From: Amoebophrya sp. A120
Lineage: Eukaryota > Protista > Dinoflagellata
Direction of reading: 5' to 3'
Length of the DNA stretch: 64,000 bases
Assembly (NCBI GenBank): GCA_905178155.1
Contig: CAJINV010000013.1
Coordinates: 858,344-922,343, forward strand
A program made the translations under genes and the position numbers. Every line of letters starts with the position of its first letter. Position 1 is the stretch's first letter. The notes beneath the pieces are model-generated. The model had not been told where the DNA came from and did not search any database. It worked only from the letters and a program-made list of their open reading frames with translations. Shown piece by piece: positions 1 through 13,740 of the stretch.

Positions 1-3000
1 GCAAAGGCGCGCTACTTTTTTTTCTCAGCATGGTCATGGAGTTAGGAATTGATGTTGGCTCCGTCCTCGGCCAAGAAGCTGTAGTACGTCTGTCATGACT
101 TTGACTTGTCTCGAGATTTGTTTGGCTGGATAGGCAGAAGAGGTATCTCATACAACGGGAGAAGGAGCTGCAATCCGTCCGCGGTATCATGTGCGACAAA
201 TTGATTATCCCATCTTCGTCATGAAGAAGATCTCCCTTTTTTTCATCTTCGTCAACATGATCTCGCTTTTTTATTTTTCTACTCCCCCGACCTCACCTGT
301 AAAGGTCGTGGCGGTGGTCCAGCAAGAAGTCCAGGAGCTACCTGCAGTAAAAGTTTAAGGCTCCGAAGGCCGCGCTGCTGCAATGGATACTTATCTTGCA
401 GGTTCCAGTGGGCATATAATAGATACTTTTATAACTAAACGAGGCGAACCAATCGTAGCTGTCGCACATGATACCTGATTTGGAAAAGACCAAGGCCAAG
501 TGCGCCCGGGTGGACGCGGAGCGAAGACACGTGCTACTCGACAGGGAGCTTATGGGAATGCAACACGTCGAGTCAAGCTCAAGCTCAAGATCAAGAAGGT
601 CATGCTGGAAGTGGTCTTGAATTGCAATAATTGGGATTAAAATGCATGACAAAGCTCCTGTGGAGAACTACAAGCCTAGCTTCTTGCTTAGTAAAGTAAA
701 GTTGTTGACGTTCATCAGGGCGGAGGATCATGGACGTAGGAGGTCGTGGACGTCAAAGTCATTAGTTCCGCACTCATCTACTCCACCATACATGGGACGC
801 GAAGCAGGCATCACACATGTTGAAATAAAATCTCCAGATATGAATAGAAATAGCGAAGAATCTGAATCCAAAACCAAATCCATAAATCTTCCGCATGACA
901 CGACGTTTGTCCTGGATACAACACGCGCTGCTGCAGCAGCGGCTAAAGGAAAAGCCCGCGGGTCATTTCCACGCCAGCCTATCAATGTGACACTACATGG
1001 TCATCTCGTCGCTCTCCCTTGTCTGTAATCCCTCCCGTGTGTTAAGAAACTGTCGAAACTGAGGTGGAAAATGTTGACGGACGATTAAAAAGTGTGTACC
1101 TGTGATGTCGTCAACAGCGGCGTCATGGTTTTTGTTTTTGTGCGAAACCACACCGGGTTGCAAGGTTTTTGCCTTTGTTCTGGTGCTGGTCCCATATGTC
1201 CTGCTTTTGTCCTCGTGGAGAAAGAGAATGACGGACTGAAGATGTCGTCGAATGCATGATGCGTAGTACTTGTTAGCTCTGCAGCACCACACGCCAGGGT
1301 TGATAGAGTCTAAAAGTAAAAGGGACGAGCAGGAGAAGATGTTGTCACACGGCATAAAAGACTTCGACGAAGCAGGCCCTAATGGACTTGCAGGAAGGCT
1401 AATAGCTCCGGTGGCTGCGCACGGAGAAGGAGCAGGGGAGCACAAAGTGCAAGGCCGGACAAGGGCTGAAGAATGAGGCACCAGCGCAAGTTGCCCCCTG
1501 TAGTCTATTCTATGCAAGCTGTGTCGGGGTGAATAAACATTTTCATTCTCTTTTCTATATCTATTTTTTTGAGTCAGTTTAAGATCTAGTATCCCGGTGT
1601 TGACAAGGGTAGAAGTGTGACTACGCACAATTTCAAAAAGAATACTCCAAGAAAAACTTCAAGAGACTCGTGAACTCTATCACTATCGTGAAAGAACACC
1701 CTGGAAAAAATCTGCCTTGTTCTCCCGCCGCGCCCTTGTCCGCAGGCAAAAGGCCTGTAGCCTGTGGCGGTGCGCCGGTTATTTATCCATGAGATTACAA
1801 ATCCGCTGTTCTCTACTTTTTCCGACCCGCCGGCCGCGGGAGCGGAGCGCCCGCCCGTCGAATCTAGAGTCCAGATTGGTGGACCATGTTGTTGACAACG
1901 AGAACGACAACGACATCGAGAAGAGAGCGACTTATAAATCTCAGAGAGAGCCAGTTGGAGTTGGAAAAGGCAAAATAGTTGTACCCCATAAACTTGGTGC
2001 ATAGGAGGGGACATCTCGTTCTTGGAAGATGAGTCTGAATTTCAGGACACGATGCACCACGTTGAACACGAAGTGACAGTGAGCCAAGAAGAATGTTAAT
2101 TAATAGTGAAGGGAGGGTTGATGTTACCACATGAAGCAAACAAGGAAATTTGATTATACATACATTTACATTCATACCTTTACAGCATTCGCTTGCGTCA
2201 CTGCTTCAACCGCTCATGGAAATGAAGTACGTCGACAAAAAACTTGCGTTGAGCCACATTTACACTATCACTTGAGAGTGAGTACTTGCTCTACAACTTG
2301 TTGCTTCTACGACATGGAAATAATCGCTCCTGACGAGAAGGACATATTCCATCCTTATTGCGCCAAGTACGTACATCGTGAGCAGAACCGGTTCCAGGCT
2401 AGGACCCAGGAGCATAGAATGTAGTTCCTCGCGAAAGCTGTTGTTGACCTCCTTGATGCACGACCATGATGACCATCTACTACGGTTAACTGTTGCTGCA
2501 CCGGGCTCCTAATACTCTCGAGCTCTCCATCTTCTGCTTGTGTTTTTTTTCCGCACCCAGAAATGTAAATCGTCCCGAACGAAAGAAACAAGCGTGCGAG
2601 GCCCATCTGTCGCCACGGGACCAAAGCGAAACGGAAACAAATCAAGCAAGCACGGCGTCCTTCATCTTCCGTTCTTCCAATTTGATGTGCGCGGTCGTGC
2701 AGCTGTTGGTTCATTTGAAGAATACGAATAGCAGTTGGACCCATTACGGCAAGACCGCGCAGCAGCACAGGATCGAGGGTCACGATGAGAGGCTCCTTTC
2801 TGACCGACTTTGCCCGTCGTCGAGGACGCTATCCATGAAAAAACACCCATCCCCATGATCCATTTTGTATATGAGAAAACACTTCTAGACTTTATGCATG
2901 ATGTTGTGCAATACAAATTGGATCGGGATGGGTGTTTTTTCCTGGATAGACGCACGAATAAAGCTACAAACGACCAGTAACTCGAGTCGCGAGTTTTTTA

Positions 3001-3920
3001 CTTGAAGTCGTCTCTCACTCTGTTGCTGCTCGTGCTCGCCTTCTAAGAAACATTGGAAACCGGGTGCGTTGTGGTCGCCAGCAGTGCCAGTGGTCTCGAA
3101 TTGATAGAACGAAACCCAAACCGAAACACGCCTTGTCTCGTTGCGTGAAGTGGACACTTCGGGGCGTAACAGTGCAGGAGACGCGCAACGGGACGTGTCG
3201 ATTTAGTTCATCAACAGGGAATAAAGTGCTCTTTTCCCGTCGCACTGGCTACGTCGGACGACAGAGGAGCGCGTGGCTTCGTCTTGCTCCTTCAGAGGTC
3301 GGCGGAGCACTACAAACATCACCGTGTGTTGTACCACAAGAAGAGCTGACGTGAAACCCAATTCGAATTTTTCCCTCGTGCACCCTAGTACAGCGGAGTT
3401 TTCTTAAACCGAACCCTGGCGAGCTTTGATCACGCAAAAAGAACACGCAGCACATGTTGATGTTCAAGAAGTAGTAGAAGGCGAAGCAATACTGCGCGAG
3501 CCGCGTGCTGAGTACGAGAAAGAAAAATCAGTAGAATCAGACAGAGAAGAAAGTGGAAACAAACTTTCTAGTGCGACTGAAGATCACCTGCACGACCTTG
3601 GTCCTCTAGAAGAACTTACAACGAACTACACTGAGTGCGGACTACAGCGAGCTGGTTCAGCTGCAGTTGGGCCGCTTGCTGGCTACTTGAGTACAGCAGG
3701 CCCCCAGCAGCACACCCACAATTTATCGATAACGTAGTCTTCTGCAAACGAAAGACGAGCACAGGAAGAGCAAGCGCATCCGAATACCAGAGGCCGTCTC
3801 TGCGCCAGTGTAGTGGTCCTCACTACGCAACTGCAACAGCAGGGCCTCCATAGCCTCCACGTCGAAAGAACAAGTAGGTGGACGTCGAAAGCGCGGCGCT
3901 AGTACAACAACATCAACAAG

Positions 3921-4129
3921 TATCGTACGAAAAAACTGTTTCACTGTAAGGATTTTGCAAGTTTTGCATCAAAAATTTGTTCTGCATGACAGAGAAAATT
4001 TGCCACGCGAGATCTCCAAGGGAAAACACCGCCAAAATTCCATTGTCTTGCATGTGTAACACGACAAACACTTCTGAGATACATTTTCTGCATTAGAAGT
4101 TTACAGTGAAACAGTTTTTTCTTGCGATA
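3921..4129. mobile_element. Introner-like TIR element in the 5' UTR of the ankyrin gene
   Basis: Left end TATCGTACGAAAAAACTGTTTCACTGTAA vs reverse complement of right end TATCGCAAGAAAAAACTGTTTCACTGTAA (27/29). Direct repeat ACAAG at 3916-3920 and 4130-4134, followed immediately by the ATG. Confidence 0.9.
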
Positions 4130-4134
4130 ACAAG

Positions 4135-6878
4135 ATGCCGGTCCTCACGCAGCAGGATATCGACGAGTTTCTCTCGACCACCGTCTACGGCCTGCTATGC
4201 ATTGCAAACATGTCTGGGTCTGGAAATTTTCGAACCTGTGATGCTAATTGTTGAGTTCACAACACAAAAATTATTTCTCATGCATACTAGGCAGCAAGAA
4301 CAGTCATGCGAAAACAGCATGACAATCTTCCAGACCGCCCAGACATATTTGCATTTGATACCTGCTGAAGAATGACAAAACGGTCACGCCGCAGTTCATT
4401 CAACGCCAGAAGGAGCTTTGCAACCTGCTGCAGCAAGACAGGCATTTGATCACCATCAAGAGCTCGAAAACCAAGGTATAGTCTTTTATGGAATTGTCGT
4501 GTGAACTTTATTTCTTGAGAGCGGGTTGTAGCTGGAGCTGCGTTTCCTTTTTCTGCGAACTTGATCGCGGATCTCATAGGGACTGACGAGTTTGGTTGCC
4601 CAGCGGCAGAGAATCCGCAAAAATGTTTACAAACGTCAGATGTCTCTCCTGCATGCGGCGGCGTCTAACAATGCTCTGCTCCTAGGGAAAACTCTCGTCG
4701 ACCACGTCAACGGGATAATACTGGGCTATGACCCTTTTGTTATCCACCGGAAAGTAGAGAGTGTCGCGTTCTTGTTCCCCTGGCAACCTTAACCCGTCAG
4801 CCCCCGTTGTTTCATCTGACCAAGAAGGCAAAAAAAAAAAATTTTGATAGTAATATGGGAATGGGGACACCAGTTTCATATCTTTATCGTTTACGTCTAC
4901 TGCACGACCAGCGTCACTGCTTTTCGAATGCATATCGGATCCAGACCAGCAAAAGCGAGAAAAAGAAGAGATGGACATCCGAGAGCAGCGGCGGGCCCTC
5001 GAAAAAGAGGAGCTATGATTTGCAAAATCATCTTCACGTCGCTCACCCCTGATCTGTTGTAATATTTAACTTAGTTACAGTAAGTGAATGGAAATACTAG
5101 AATTGTAATTGTTTTGTTTTTGTTTACTGACTTGCAACACAATCAAACTGGCACGCGTGATGGCGACGAAAAAAGCGATAATCTTTTTGCATTGCATAGC
5201 AAGAAGAGAAATTCCAGAAACAGGAGAACCGGAGGCGAAAGTCCGTGGCCAACAATCCGAACGCGCTGGCCAACCTGCGACCCTCGGAGATGGTCGTGGT
5301 GCGCTCGAAGGAAAACTGGGACCCGCGAGGCGACGACTTCGTCGATCTAATCGAGTCCGAAGACCTCTCCAAAATGACGCCCCTCATGTACGCCGCCTTC
5401 GAAGGGTGCGAGAAAGAAAAAACCTCCCTCACCTTTTCAGTCTCTTCTCTGCTTCAGTGATTTTTGAAATTTCTTACAAAGAACAATGGTTAAAGCTGCA
5501 CCAGCACGGACGAAAGCAACTTCAGTTTTATCAAGGATGTGGAGCTTCTTTGCTTCGGCAAGAGCAACTGCTTGAGGGCTTCTTTGTAAGGTTTCAGGTG
5601 CTAATGTTGCTTCTAAGAAGCGTGTGAGTTGTAACGCCCGGCTTTGAAAAATTACGATACGTACGAATAGAGGGTTGACGAAGGACTTCTGAGACTGATT
5701 TGTGATCCATCGTGATTTTTCCCCTGCATAAAAGAAATTTGCCGTTCATAGACCTGCTCTGCGATAACGGAGCGGTATGAGAATGCACAACTACCTCCCC
5801 TCCTCTTCATTGATTTGTGAGACAGTGTGCCAATGAATGAATCCAGCCCACACCACTTTTTAGCAGTTTTAGCATGACAAGTGCTGGAGGCGAAATCAAA
5901 GAACAGCAGCAGCACTACACTACTCCGCAGCACGGGTTCTTTTTCATTTTCGTGCAGTAGGTGCATATATTAATTTTGCCTTTGCTTCTATCTATTTCTA
6001 TTGCTGGAGCTGCAGACCCCAGCCAAATTGACAAGGAGGAGGTGCTGGGGCTGTGCACTCCCACAAGCGGATCTGCTGGCACAGGACGAGCTCGGACAAA
6101 CGCCACTGCATTGGGCAGTGCAAGGTAGAATCAACTGGCATACTAGAACTAGTTCATTCTTGTTTAGGTGGATCACGAGAATACGATTTCTACTTGTATG
6201 TGCCACAACGACAACGAAGAATTTTTTTCGTTGTGAAGACTGACACAAGAAGAACTGAATCGTACCAAAATCAGGTGGCGAGCACAGTGCGATCCAGCTT
6301 CTGCTCCAGTGGGAGAGAGGCGCTATTCCGGCAAAAATACGACTACGAGTCAACATCGCAGATTAAGATTTTCCGATTTGCATTTGAATTCGATGAAATG
6401 GTACTGAATAGGGACACATAGCACTTGTTTGTGAACGCATGTTGTAGAGGTGGTCCATGGTTGCAGAATGAAGAAGAAGTAGTCGAAGTGTGATATCCCG
6501 CCCAAATAAAACACAAACCAAAGAACGCCAGTTGAACTTACGCTTACCCAAACCTTATTCAACCCTGAAGAAACATACTGAACTGATAGCGCAACCCCCG
6601 CCATACGAGATCTAAATCTTGCCTCGTGGGCGCTTTTCTCCGGCACACCTGCACAAGCCCTGTGTCTTTCGGACCGCCTGGGGCAGACGCCCACGGACAT
6701 TGCCCGGACGTACGACCGACGATTTTGGCACATACGAAACCACAAGAGTTTGCTGGAAGTCCTGGCCAAGGAATACACCACGATTAAAATTCCGACAGTG
6801 GGTATTGAATTTTGACATCTCGTTTTCATATGTGGAACTTTTTCGATTTTGCCGCAGATGATCCTCAACTGTAAGTAA
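4135..6878 (+). CDS. Multi-exon ankyrin-repeat protein (3' end approximate)
   Basis: ATG at 4135 (MPVLTQQDIDEF) with an in-frame stop upstream. Frame is restored after removing 4196-4365 and GT-AG intron 4476-4639. Ankyrin motifs in successive exons: MSLLHAAASNN (4640), MTPLMYAAFEG (5374), LLCDNGA|DLLAQDELGQTPLHWAVQG|GEHSAIQLLL (5750-6310), DRLGQTPTDIAR (~6672). Not all exon junctions were resolved. Confidence 0.8.
4196..4360. mobile_element. Introner-like TIR element (non-canonical intron)
   Basis: Direct repeat CCTGC (4191-4195, 4361-4365). ~30-bp imperfect TIR TATGCATTGCAAACATGTCTGGG / TATCAAATGCAAATATGTCTGGG. Removal gives in-frame VYGL|LKNDK. Confidence 0.9.
5014..5198. mobile_element. 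Degenerate introner-like element
   Basis: TATG...CATA ends with a weak TIR. Removal joins EKEE|QEEKFQKQENRRRK in frame. Its right end (rc TATGCAATGCAAAAAG) resembles the left end of the 39361 element. Confidence 0.65.
5776..6065. mobile_element. Introner-like TIR element (same family as 61493-61714)
   Basis: Direct repeat AGCGG (5771-5775, 6066-6070). Left end TATGAGAATGCACAAC vs rc right end TGTGGGAGTGCACAGC. Removal gives the ankyrin segment DNGA|DLLAQDELGQTPLH. Confidence 0.88.
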
Positions 6879-8444
6879 TTCAAGTTTGATGCCTCAATCG
6901 TCTTCATCAAGATGAAAGACTTCTATTTAGAAGCCGCAGGGTCAACAAGTAGAAGTACAGGTGGGGAAAAGATTAAAAAAAAAAAGAATGACGCTTTTCT
7001 TCTCAGGTTACTTGCATCGGCAGGAGTTGAAGGGCAGATTTCTCTCCAGATTCGGCGAATGGAATATCCAAGCGAAATGTTGAGTTGCCTTCGTCCAGCA
7101 ATTTTCTCATCTTCATGGAGAAGGTGCCATTTCTCAATGCAATAAAGTCACACTCACGCGGCCTTTTTTCTGCAGCTGTGTTAATATGACATCCGCGTTG
7201 TATCTATGCATTTTATTCTGCGACGCAGGCAGTCGCGTCGTGATCATAAGTATCACCATGCACCTGAATTTCAAATTATTGGATTTGCAACACAATTTCC
7301 GTTTCGTGTGGATATTTCAAAGAAGAATAGGCGACATCAAACTTGCCAGCAGTATTCCCAGTCGGTCGCCACCAAGAACGGAATTTCGCGATATAGGCGG
7401 CGGGTGGATACCATAAAGTGACGCGTCGTCCTTTTTTTCAAGAAGTTCCCAAAGCAAAGAGATGAAGGCTACATTATACAACTCGAGATGTCTCTTTGGC
7501 GTTGGCCCCAAAAAATCGTGAATCCGAGAAGTATAAATGATTGTTGGGACGAACGCACTTACCACGACCGCAAACGCGACTGCGCCGAACGCAAAAAATT
7601 ATCGCAAGAGCATTTCCAGACCGTGCAGGTGCGCCGATCATTCCATTTTCAAAATCCTGGCTGCAATAGCCATCGCGTTTTTACCGTTGGTTCTTCTGCT
7701 TCCTACATCTAAAATTCATGTTGGTTCTACTTATCGATATCGTCGTCTCGTCCTTGACCTTGTCTCAACGAAGATTTTTGTGCCGGGTTTTGCACAACCG
7801 GAAAAGCCAACGAACGTCGCAATAATTGTTTTTGACTCTCACAACAGTTTTGTTTATCTCTGCATTGAACATCGTTGTCGTTCTTCGTCCAGTCTCTTCA
7901 TATTAAGACAGCAAGTGACGTTCACGTTCTCGTTGTCGTACTGTGTGTTTGTTTTTACTTGCCTCGTCTCAACTCGTCCTTTTCATCGTTTTCCAGAACG
8001 ATTATTCGTCTGGCGGCTGGATTCGTACACATCAGCACAGCACGCAGGCCTCTCCAAGCGTACGGGATAAGTGCCGGACTGCGACAAGTAGGAGCAGGAC
8101 GTTTCATCCACAGGAGGATGAAGTGTTGTTTTATGTAAAAATCATGTTTAGACGAGGTTATTCTCATTCAAGAACTTAAAAAGTACTTCATTCATAGCAA
8201 CCTCGTGTCATCTCCTTCGTCTTTTTATTTCGACCATACATTGTCGAGCAATAAGAATAACCTTTCAGATGGACCTCCACATCAGACGAACTAGAACTAG
8301 AGCCCATGCTGCCTCGTGCTGTGACATTGTCGCGTGTGGTGCCAGTGGAAGAGAAATAGAAGAATTGATACTTACTACTTATTGAACCGACCTTCAACTT
8401 CCATTTCGCACATAAGAAAAAGAGTACATCATAGCACGAACAAC

Positions 8445-11400
8445 ATGCAGATGCTCCAGCAGATTTTTCGGCAACAGGATCATGCTGGCAGTTCCCCGAC
8501 GGCCTCCGCGACCGTCGTGCAGCAGCAGCAGCAATCCCGCGGGAGGACGCGCCACCGTGCGGGCGATGCGACAGAAACTACACATCAAACACAGCCAGAC
8601 CTGCTGCAGAACACGACCGTTATCATATCCTCGGGTCGGCCCGCGAACGTTCCGCCCATCAACTTTGGCGAAACAACGAATGTTAGTAGCGGCGCAACAG
8701 GTTCGGTATCAAAAGGTGACCATGCAGTACTGCATCACCAGAACAATAACCCTACTAACAGTGAGGACGAGCTGGACAGTTTCGTGCAACTGACGCCACC
8801 CGGGGGTGATTTTGGCGGCACGCACTACGAGAAGATTACAACGACGAGTTCTTACGTCCCGGCCGGCGCCGGTTCGTCCACGACCTTGTCCAACACCCCG
8901 CCGTTTCCGGGCGCCGCGCCGCTGACGTTCGGGTCGGTGCTAAAATCCTCCTCGAACGAAATCAACGCACAAGTCACGCCAACGAGTAACGGGAGCAGCA
9001 GCGTGGCAGCTTATTATACTGGAGCGGGGAGTGTGCCAGCAGGAGGTGGTGGTGGTGCACCTGGTACGTCTAGTAACGTCGCAATGAAGGACTACTACAA
9101 CGGTAGTAGCGCAACCTCAACGCCGACGAATGCAAGGACGGTAAAGCAGGACCACGTGATCATCAGCAAGTCCATCCGCACTGTGTCGCTGTCCCCGCAA
9201 AACCGCGGGCCTTCGATCGTCAACAGGACGACCCCCTTGCACGTGATGAACAACTCGACTTCAGTGAGTGGGCTGAGCAACAACGCTGGCCAAATCCTTC
9301 CCCTCCAGCAGCAAGACCCGGGCTTTTTCCACCCGCGGCGCGCGAACGCGTTTGCGCAGGAGGCGGTCGAGCGACTGCGGTCGGCCTCGCTAGAACAGAA
9401 CAGAAAGTGGATGCCGCCAACAGTGCCGGCAGCCGTTTCACGAACAGGGGACGGGAGGCTGATGGTGAATAGCAGTCTCGCGACGCCCATCATGCCGATA
9501 ACAGGTCCGGCTGGAGGGAAGATAAAATCCGTGAGCTTTCTGCGAGTGGGAGGCGAGCAGCAAGTTGTAGAGGCCGTTGCACAGCAGGAACCGATGGCGA
9601 TGGCCGGAGCGGCGGGTGCCGGCGCACCGGTCACGCGGAGCAACATTAAAGGTGCACCAGCAGCGGGGAAAAATAGCAATATGTTGAGAGTCGCGCCAGT
9701 ATCTCCTGAGGGGGAACAGCAGGGCCCTCTGATTATTTCTTCTGGGGAAGAGCCGCAACAGCCGGAGCTAGACTTACAACGAGCGGCGCGCGCCGCACCG
9801 GGAGGTACTACTGTTGGTGCACAACATATGAAACAGCAACCTCTAGCCGGGCGCGTGCCCAGCCCAATGCTGGTGCGACGGGGGAATCATGTGAGCCCGA
9901 CCGAGCTGGAACAAGCGCACAACACGCAATACATGATGCAGCAGAAAATCACGCAGCCAGGACTCGTCGCTGTAGGTGCTTCATCTTCTACGAGTGCTCC
10001 CGCTCCCTCGCAGGACTTGTACCAGCAACACGCGGAGTTCATGAAGATGAAAGCAGACACTGCAACAGCAGCTGCCGGCTCAGCGCTGAGGCAAAACTAC
10101 TACTCGGGAGCTCCTACGGGCGGGGCAGCTGTTCCATCCAGTAAAATAAATGCGGCTCCTTCTAGCTCTACTGTTGGTGGTACACGGGTGGAGAATAATA
10201 AAGAAACTTTCGAAGTTGTAGACCAACAGCTGCTGCGGCAGGAGAAGCTTATGCAAGAAAAGGTGAAGCACCAAGTGAACAACTATTCCCGCACGACAGA
10301 AGTAGTGGAAGCCCAATTGCGAGAGGAGAGCCTCTTGCTGCAAAAGCAGAAAGAGCAGTACTTGAGCCAACTGGAGCTGGAACTGAAAAATCGAGAATCG
10401 GACGTGAAACTATTGCAAACGAGATTGCAGGAACAGGAGATCGAAAAGCAGAAGCTGCAGCAGAACGCACAAAAGGAAATGGAGAACCTGGAGCGGGAAG
10501 TTCAGCAAATGAACAAAGTGCTAGCGATGCAGAAAATGAACACGACTGCTGCTGCTGTTGATGAACGCGAAAGAAACGTCGAAAAGGAACTTCGTCAGCA
10601 GGAGACCACTGCTCTCGAACAGCAGGAGCAGGCTTTGAAAGCCGATTTCGACAAGTCGTTGAAGGAAAGGCTCCAGGAACAGAAAAAGCAGTTGGAGCAA
10701 GCCTTTTTTATGGAGCTGAACAACAACGAGCAGGCGTCTCTGGCGGTCCGGAAGGATTTTGAGCGACAATTTCTGGAACTGGCCCGGAAGATCGAGGACT
10801 TGGAGCAGAAAGAGCAGAAACAGAAGCAACTCGCGGAGGACTACGAGGAGGAGGTGACGCGGCGGCAAATTGAGCTGGAGAAGGCCTACAAAAACGTGGA
10901 TCTCGCCAACCAGATGTACCTCTCCCAGAAGGAGACGGCGGACCAGTTGGGGGAGCAACTGGCCCGGCAGAAGAAGCAGCTCGAGGTGGAAAAGCAACTG
11001 CACGCGAAGCAGCTGCAGCAGCTGGAAGAGAAAAGAAAGGAGGACTTTTCTTCGGATGTACAAGAGAAGGAGGCGTATTTGCAACAGAAAGAACAGGAGC
11101 TGCAGGACAGCAAGGACATGTTCGAGCAACTGGTGGAGAAGGTGTCTTATCGTTTGTAAAAACGTCCCCACCCCAGAGTTGTCATGCAAATTTGCATGCC
11201 AAAGAGGTTTCTCATGCGGAGCCCCATGAGGAGCATTTTCTAATCGCGTTTGGGAATTTGTGATGCTAAAAACAGCATGATATGCCAGATCTGTGATGCT
11301 GCTGAAGTAGCTAAACAGGATGACACTGCGATGCCAAACTTGTCATGCGAAACAAACAAAGCTGGTTGATTTGTCTAGCAGACTTCCCATCTTGTTGACT

Positions 11401-13740
11401 CTGGTATGGGAACGCTTTTCCACAGGATATGTCTGAGGAGAGATTCGCGAAGGAGAAGCAGCGCCTCGTCACGGAAATCGAACACCTGGTATCAAAAGGA
11501 AAAATCCCCGCTCCCCATATCGAAAAGGCATCCTTTTGAAAATTTGTGATGCTGATTTGTGGTCACTAATCAGGTCTGTCTTGCAAGAGAGCAAAGCCAG
11601 AGCTTTCGCCGCTTTTTCACGCAGGCGATTTGTAATGCTGCTGCACCAACAGGGCAAACGTCTGCCATGCTGGGCGCCCACCTCTAGCCAGCCCCTTCCG
11701 GGCCTTTTTTTTGCCTGCACTCCCATACTGCAAGACAAAGCTGATTTGTGTACACAAATCCCGCAACACAGATTGCCACTTTGATATGGGGAGGGGGGAT
11801 TTTTTCTTTCGATACCTGGAAAAGATCGACCAGGCGGCGGAGAAAGAAATCAACCGGCTGAAGGAGCGGGAGCGCGACCTGTTCAAAAAACAGCAAAACC
11901 AGCAGAACCACTTGGAAAGCTTGAAGGAAGAACGGGTCGCGCGGAAAGAGGCCTTGCGCTTGGTCCAACTGGAACTGGACGAAACGAAGGAGCAGTTGAA
12001 GAAAGCGATGAAGAAGCAAAACGAGCAGAACCTGCACGAAAGCGCGCACAACCAGGAGCAATTTTACTTGAAGGAGAAAATCACGAGTTTAGAAGATCTG
12101 CTCGAGGAGCTGAAGCAGGAAAAGCTGCAGCAGGCCGAAGAAGTGAACCAGTTGAAGCACCAGCTGAAGCAGAAGCAGATGGAGATCACCGACATCCAGG
12201 GGAAGCAGAAGGCGAGCGAGAGCACGCTGGAAACGTTGAAGCAGGAAATGCGCAAGCGGGAACAGGACCTGGAGCAGCTGTTGCTGGAGTACGCGGAAGC
12301 GGCGCAGCTTGCGGATCGGAAGTGCAAGGAAGTCGAACAGAAATTTCAAGAGTACAAGGAAACGGCGGCGCTCGACTACGAAAAGATGAAAAACCAAGCA
12401 TCGACGGAGTTGGAGCAGTACAAGAGACAAGCGAACATCGACTACGAGCAGCTGAAAGCGGACCACGAGTCCGCGTACGAACGGTTGATGAACAAAAAGA
12501 ACGAACTGGAGTTCAAGCTCGCGAAGTTACTGCAAGAGTTGCTGGAAAAGGACCAGGATCTGACGAAGACCCGGAAGGACTTGGAGAACAAGCAGGAGGA
12601 ACTAGACGTGCTGGACTACAACAAGACGGCGGAAGTGCACCAGCTCGAGTACGATATTCACAGAAAAAAACTCATCCACATCCAATTTGTCATGCAAAAC
12701 ATACAAAAAATTCTGTGTTTGCCATGCAAAAAATGGATGTGGATGGGTTTTTTTCTGTGGATATACGAAAAGCGGGAATTGCAGCAAGAGGTGGAGAATT
12801 TGAAAAGCAAAATCGAGCAGATGAAGGAAAGCTTCAAGTCCACCGAGGTGGAACTAGCGCAATCCCAGCTCGACCTGCGCGAAATGCAGTTCAAGCACCA
12901 GGAGCAGAACTGGCGGGGGCGAGTCTCGACCGGGAACATGGTGGCCAGCGGGAAAAACCTGAATCTGTTCGATCCGTCCGGTGGAGATGAGAACGCGGGA
13001 GGTACTGGTTTGTTCGGGAGGAACGAACAAAGCGGTGTGACTTCCCACGAGTTGGAGCTGCAGCAACAGGCGTATGTGGAGAACCATTTGAAGCAGCTCA
13101 TGTCCGAGCTCGAGAGCAGGGCTGCCGTGATCCTAGACCTGCGCGTCCAGCTGCAGCAGGCCCAGGAAAAGGTCAACTCCTTTCCAACGACCACAAGCCC
13201 CAACTCCGCCGCAAGCTCTTCAGCGACGGGAGGTGGAAACACGGGCAGAGGGGGGGGAGGTACGTATGATTTTTTATGTGAAACTGCATGTAGACGTGTT
13301 GTTCTTGGTGCAGCTTTCGTGATCGAAATGTCTCATGTCCTGCTCTTGCTGAAAGATAAAGAGAAAAAACTGCAGACCTACTCGTTGTGCAATTTCTGAT
13401 GCGCTGAAATGATAAAATGAAATCCGAATCGTTCTGGCATATTCTCATCACATGACCAACCACAGACGCCCTTTCTGACGACCCCAACTCCATCAACCAC
13501 GAAGCGCGGTGTCTCGTGTTAGAGCGTACCAACACCGAGCTGCAAACCCAGCTTTCCGAGCTCCGGGATGTCCTCGCGTACGAGCGGGCGAATTTTGAGA
13601 AACGCGAGAAGCAAATTCGGATGGGAGCCGCGAACACCTCTCGGCCAGGGTCCAGTTCTGGCCGACAGAACATCGGCGGGAGCATTTTCGAACTTGGGCC
13701 AGATGGAAGCTTGCTCGCAACCGAGGAGTATGTGGAGTGA
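8445..13740 (+). CDS. Large low-complexity / coiled-coil protein, 5 exons
   Basis: ORFs 8334-11159, 11711-13399 and 13516-13740 join in frame after removing 11148-11434, 11490-11819, 12655-12768 and GT-AG intron 13260-13465. S/G/A/P-rich N-terminus and a long E/Q/K/L heptad-rich C-terminal half. No family recognised. Confidence 0.85.
11148..11429. mobile_element. Introner-like TIR element
   Basis: Direct repeat TGTCT (11143-11147, 11430-11434). Imperfect ~32-bp TIR TATCGTTTGTAAAAACGTCCCCACCCCAGAGT / TATCCTGTGGAAAAGCGTTCCCATACCAGAGT. Removal gives EKVS|EERF. Confidence 0.85.
11490..11814. mobile_element. Introner-like TIR element
   Basis: Direct repeat CCTGG (11485-11489, 11815-11819). ~41-bp TIR TATCAAAAGGAAAAATCCCCGCTCCCCATATCG / TATCGAAAGAAAAAATCCCCCCTCCCCATATCA. 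Removal gives EIEHL|EKIDQ. Confidence 0.92.
12655..12763. mobile_element. Introner-like TIR element (in frame, stop-free)
   Basis: Direct repeat TACGA (12650-12654, 12764-12768). 28/30 TIR TATTCACAGAAAAAAACTCATCCACATCCA. If unspliced it adds a hydrophobic 38-codon stretch to the coiled coil. Confidence 0.92.

Noticed and set aside
338-3900. Short + strand ORFs (642, 1270, 1717, 3426) as exons of a gene
   Set aside because: Some look protein-like, but no consistent splice model or domain could be built.
10080-12466. Leu/Phe-rich minus-strand ORFs suggesting membrane proteins
   Set aside because: Antisense shadows of the E/Q/K-rich coiled-coil gene.
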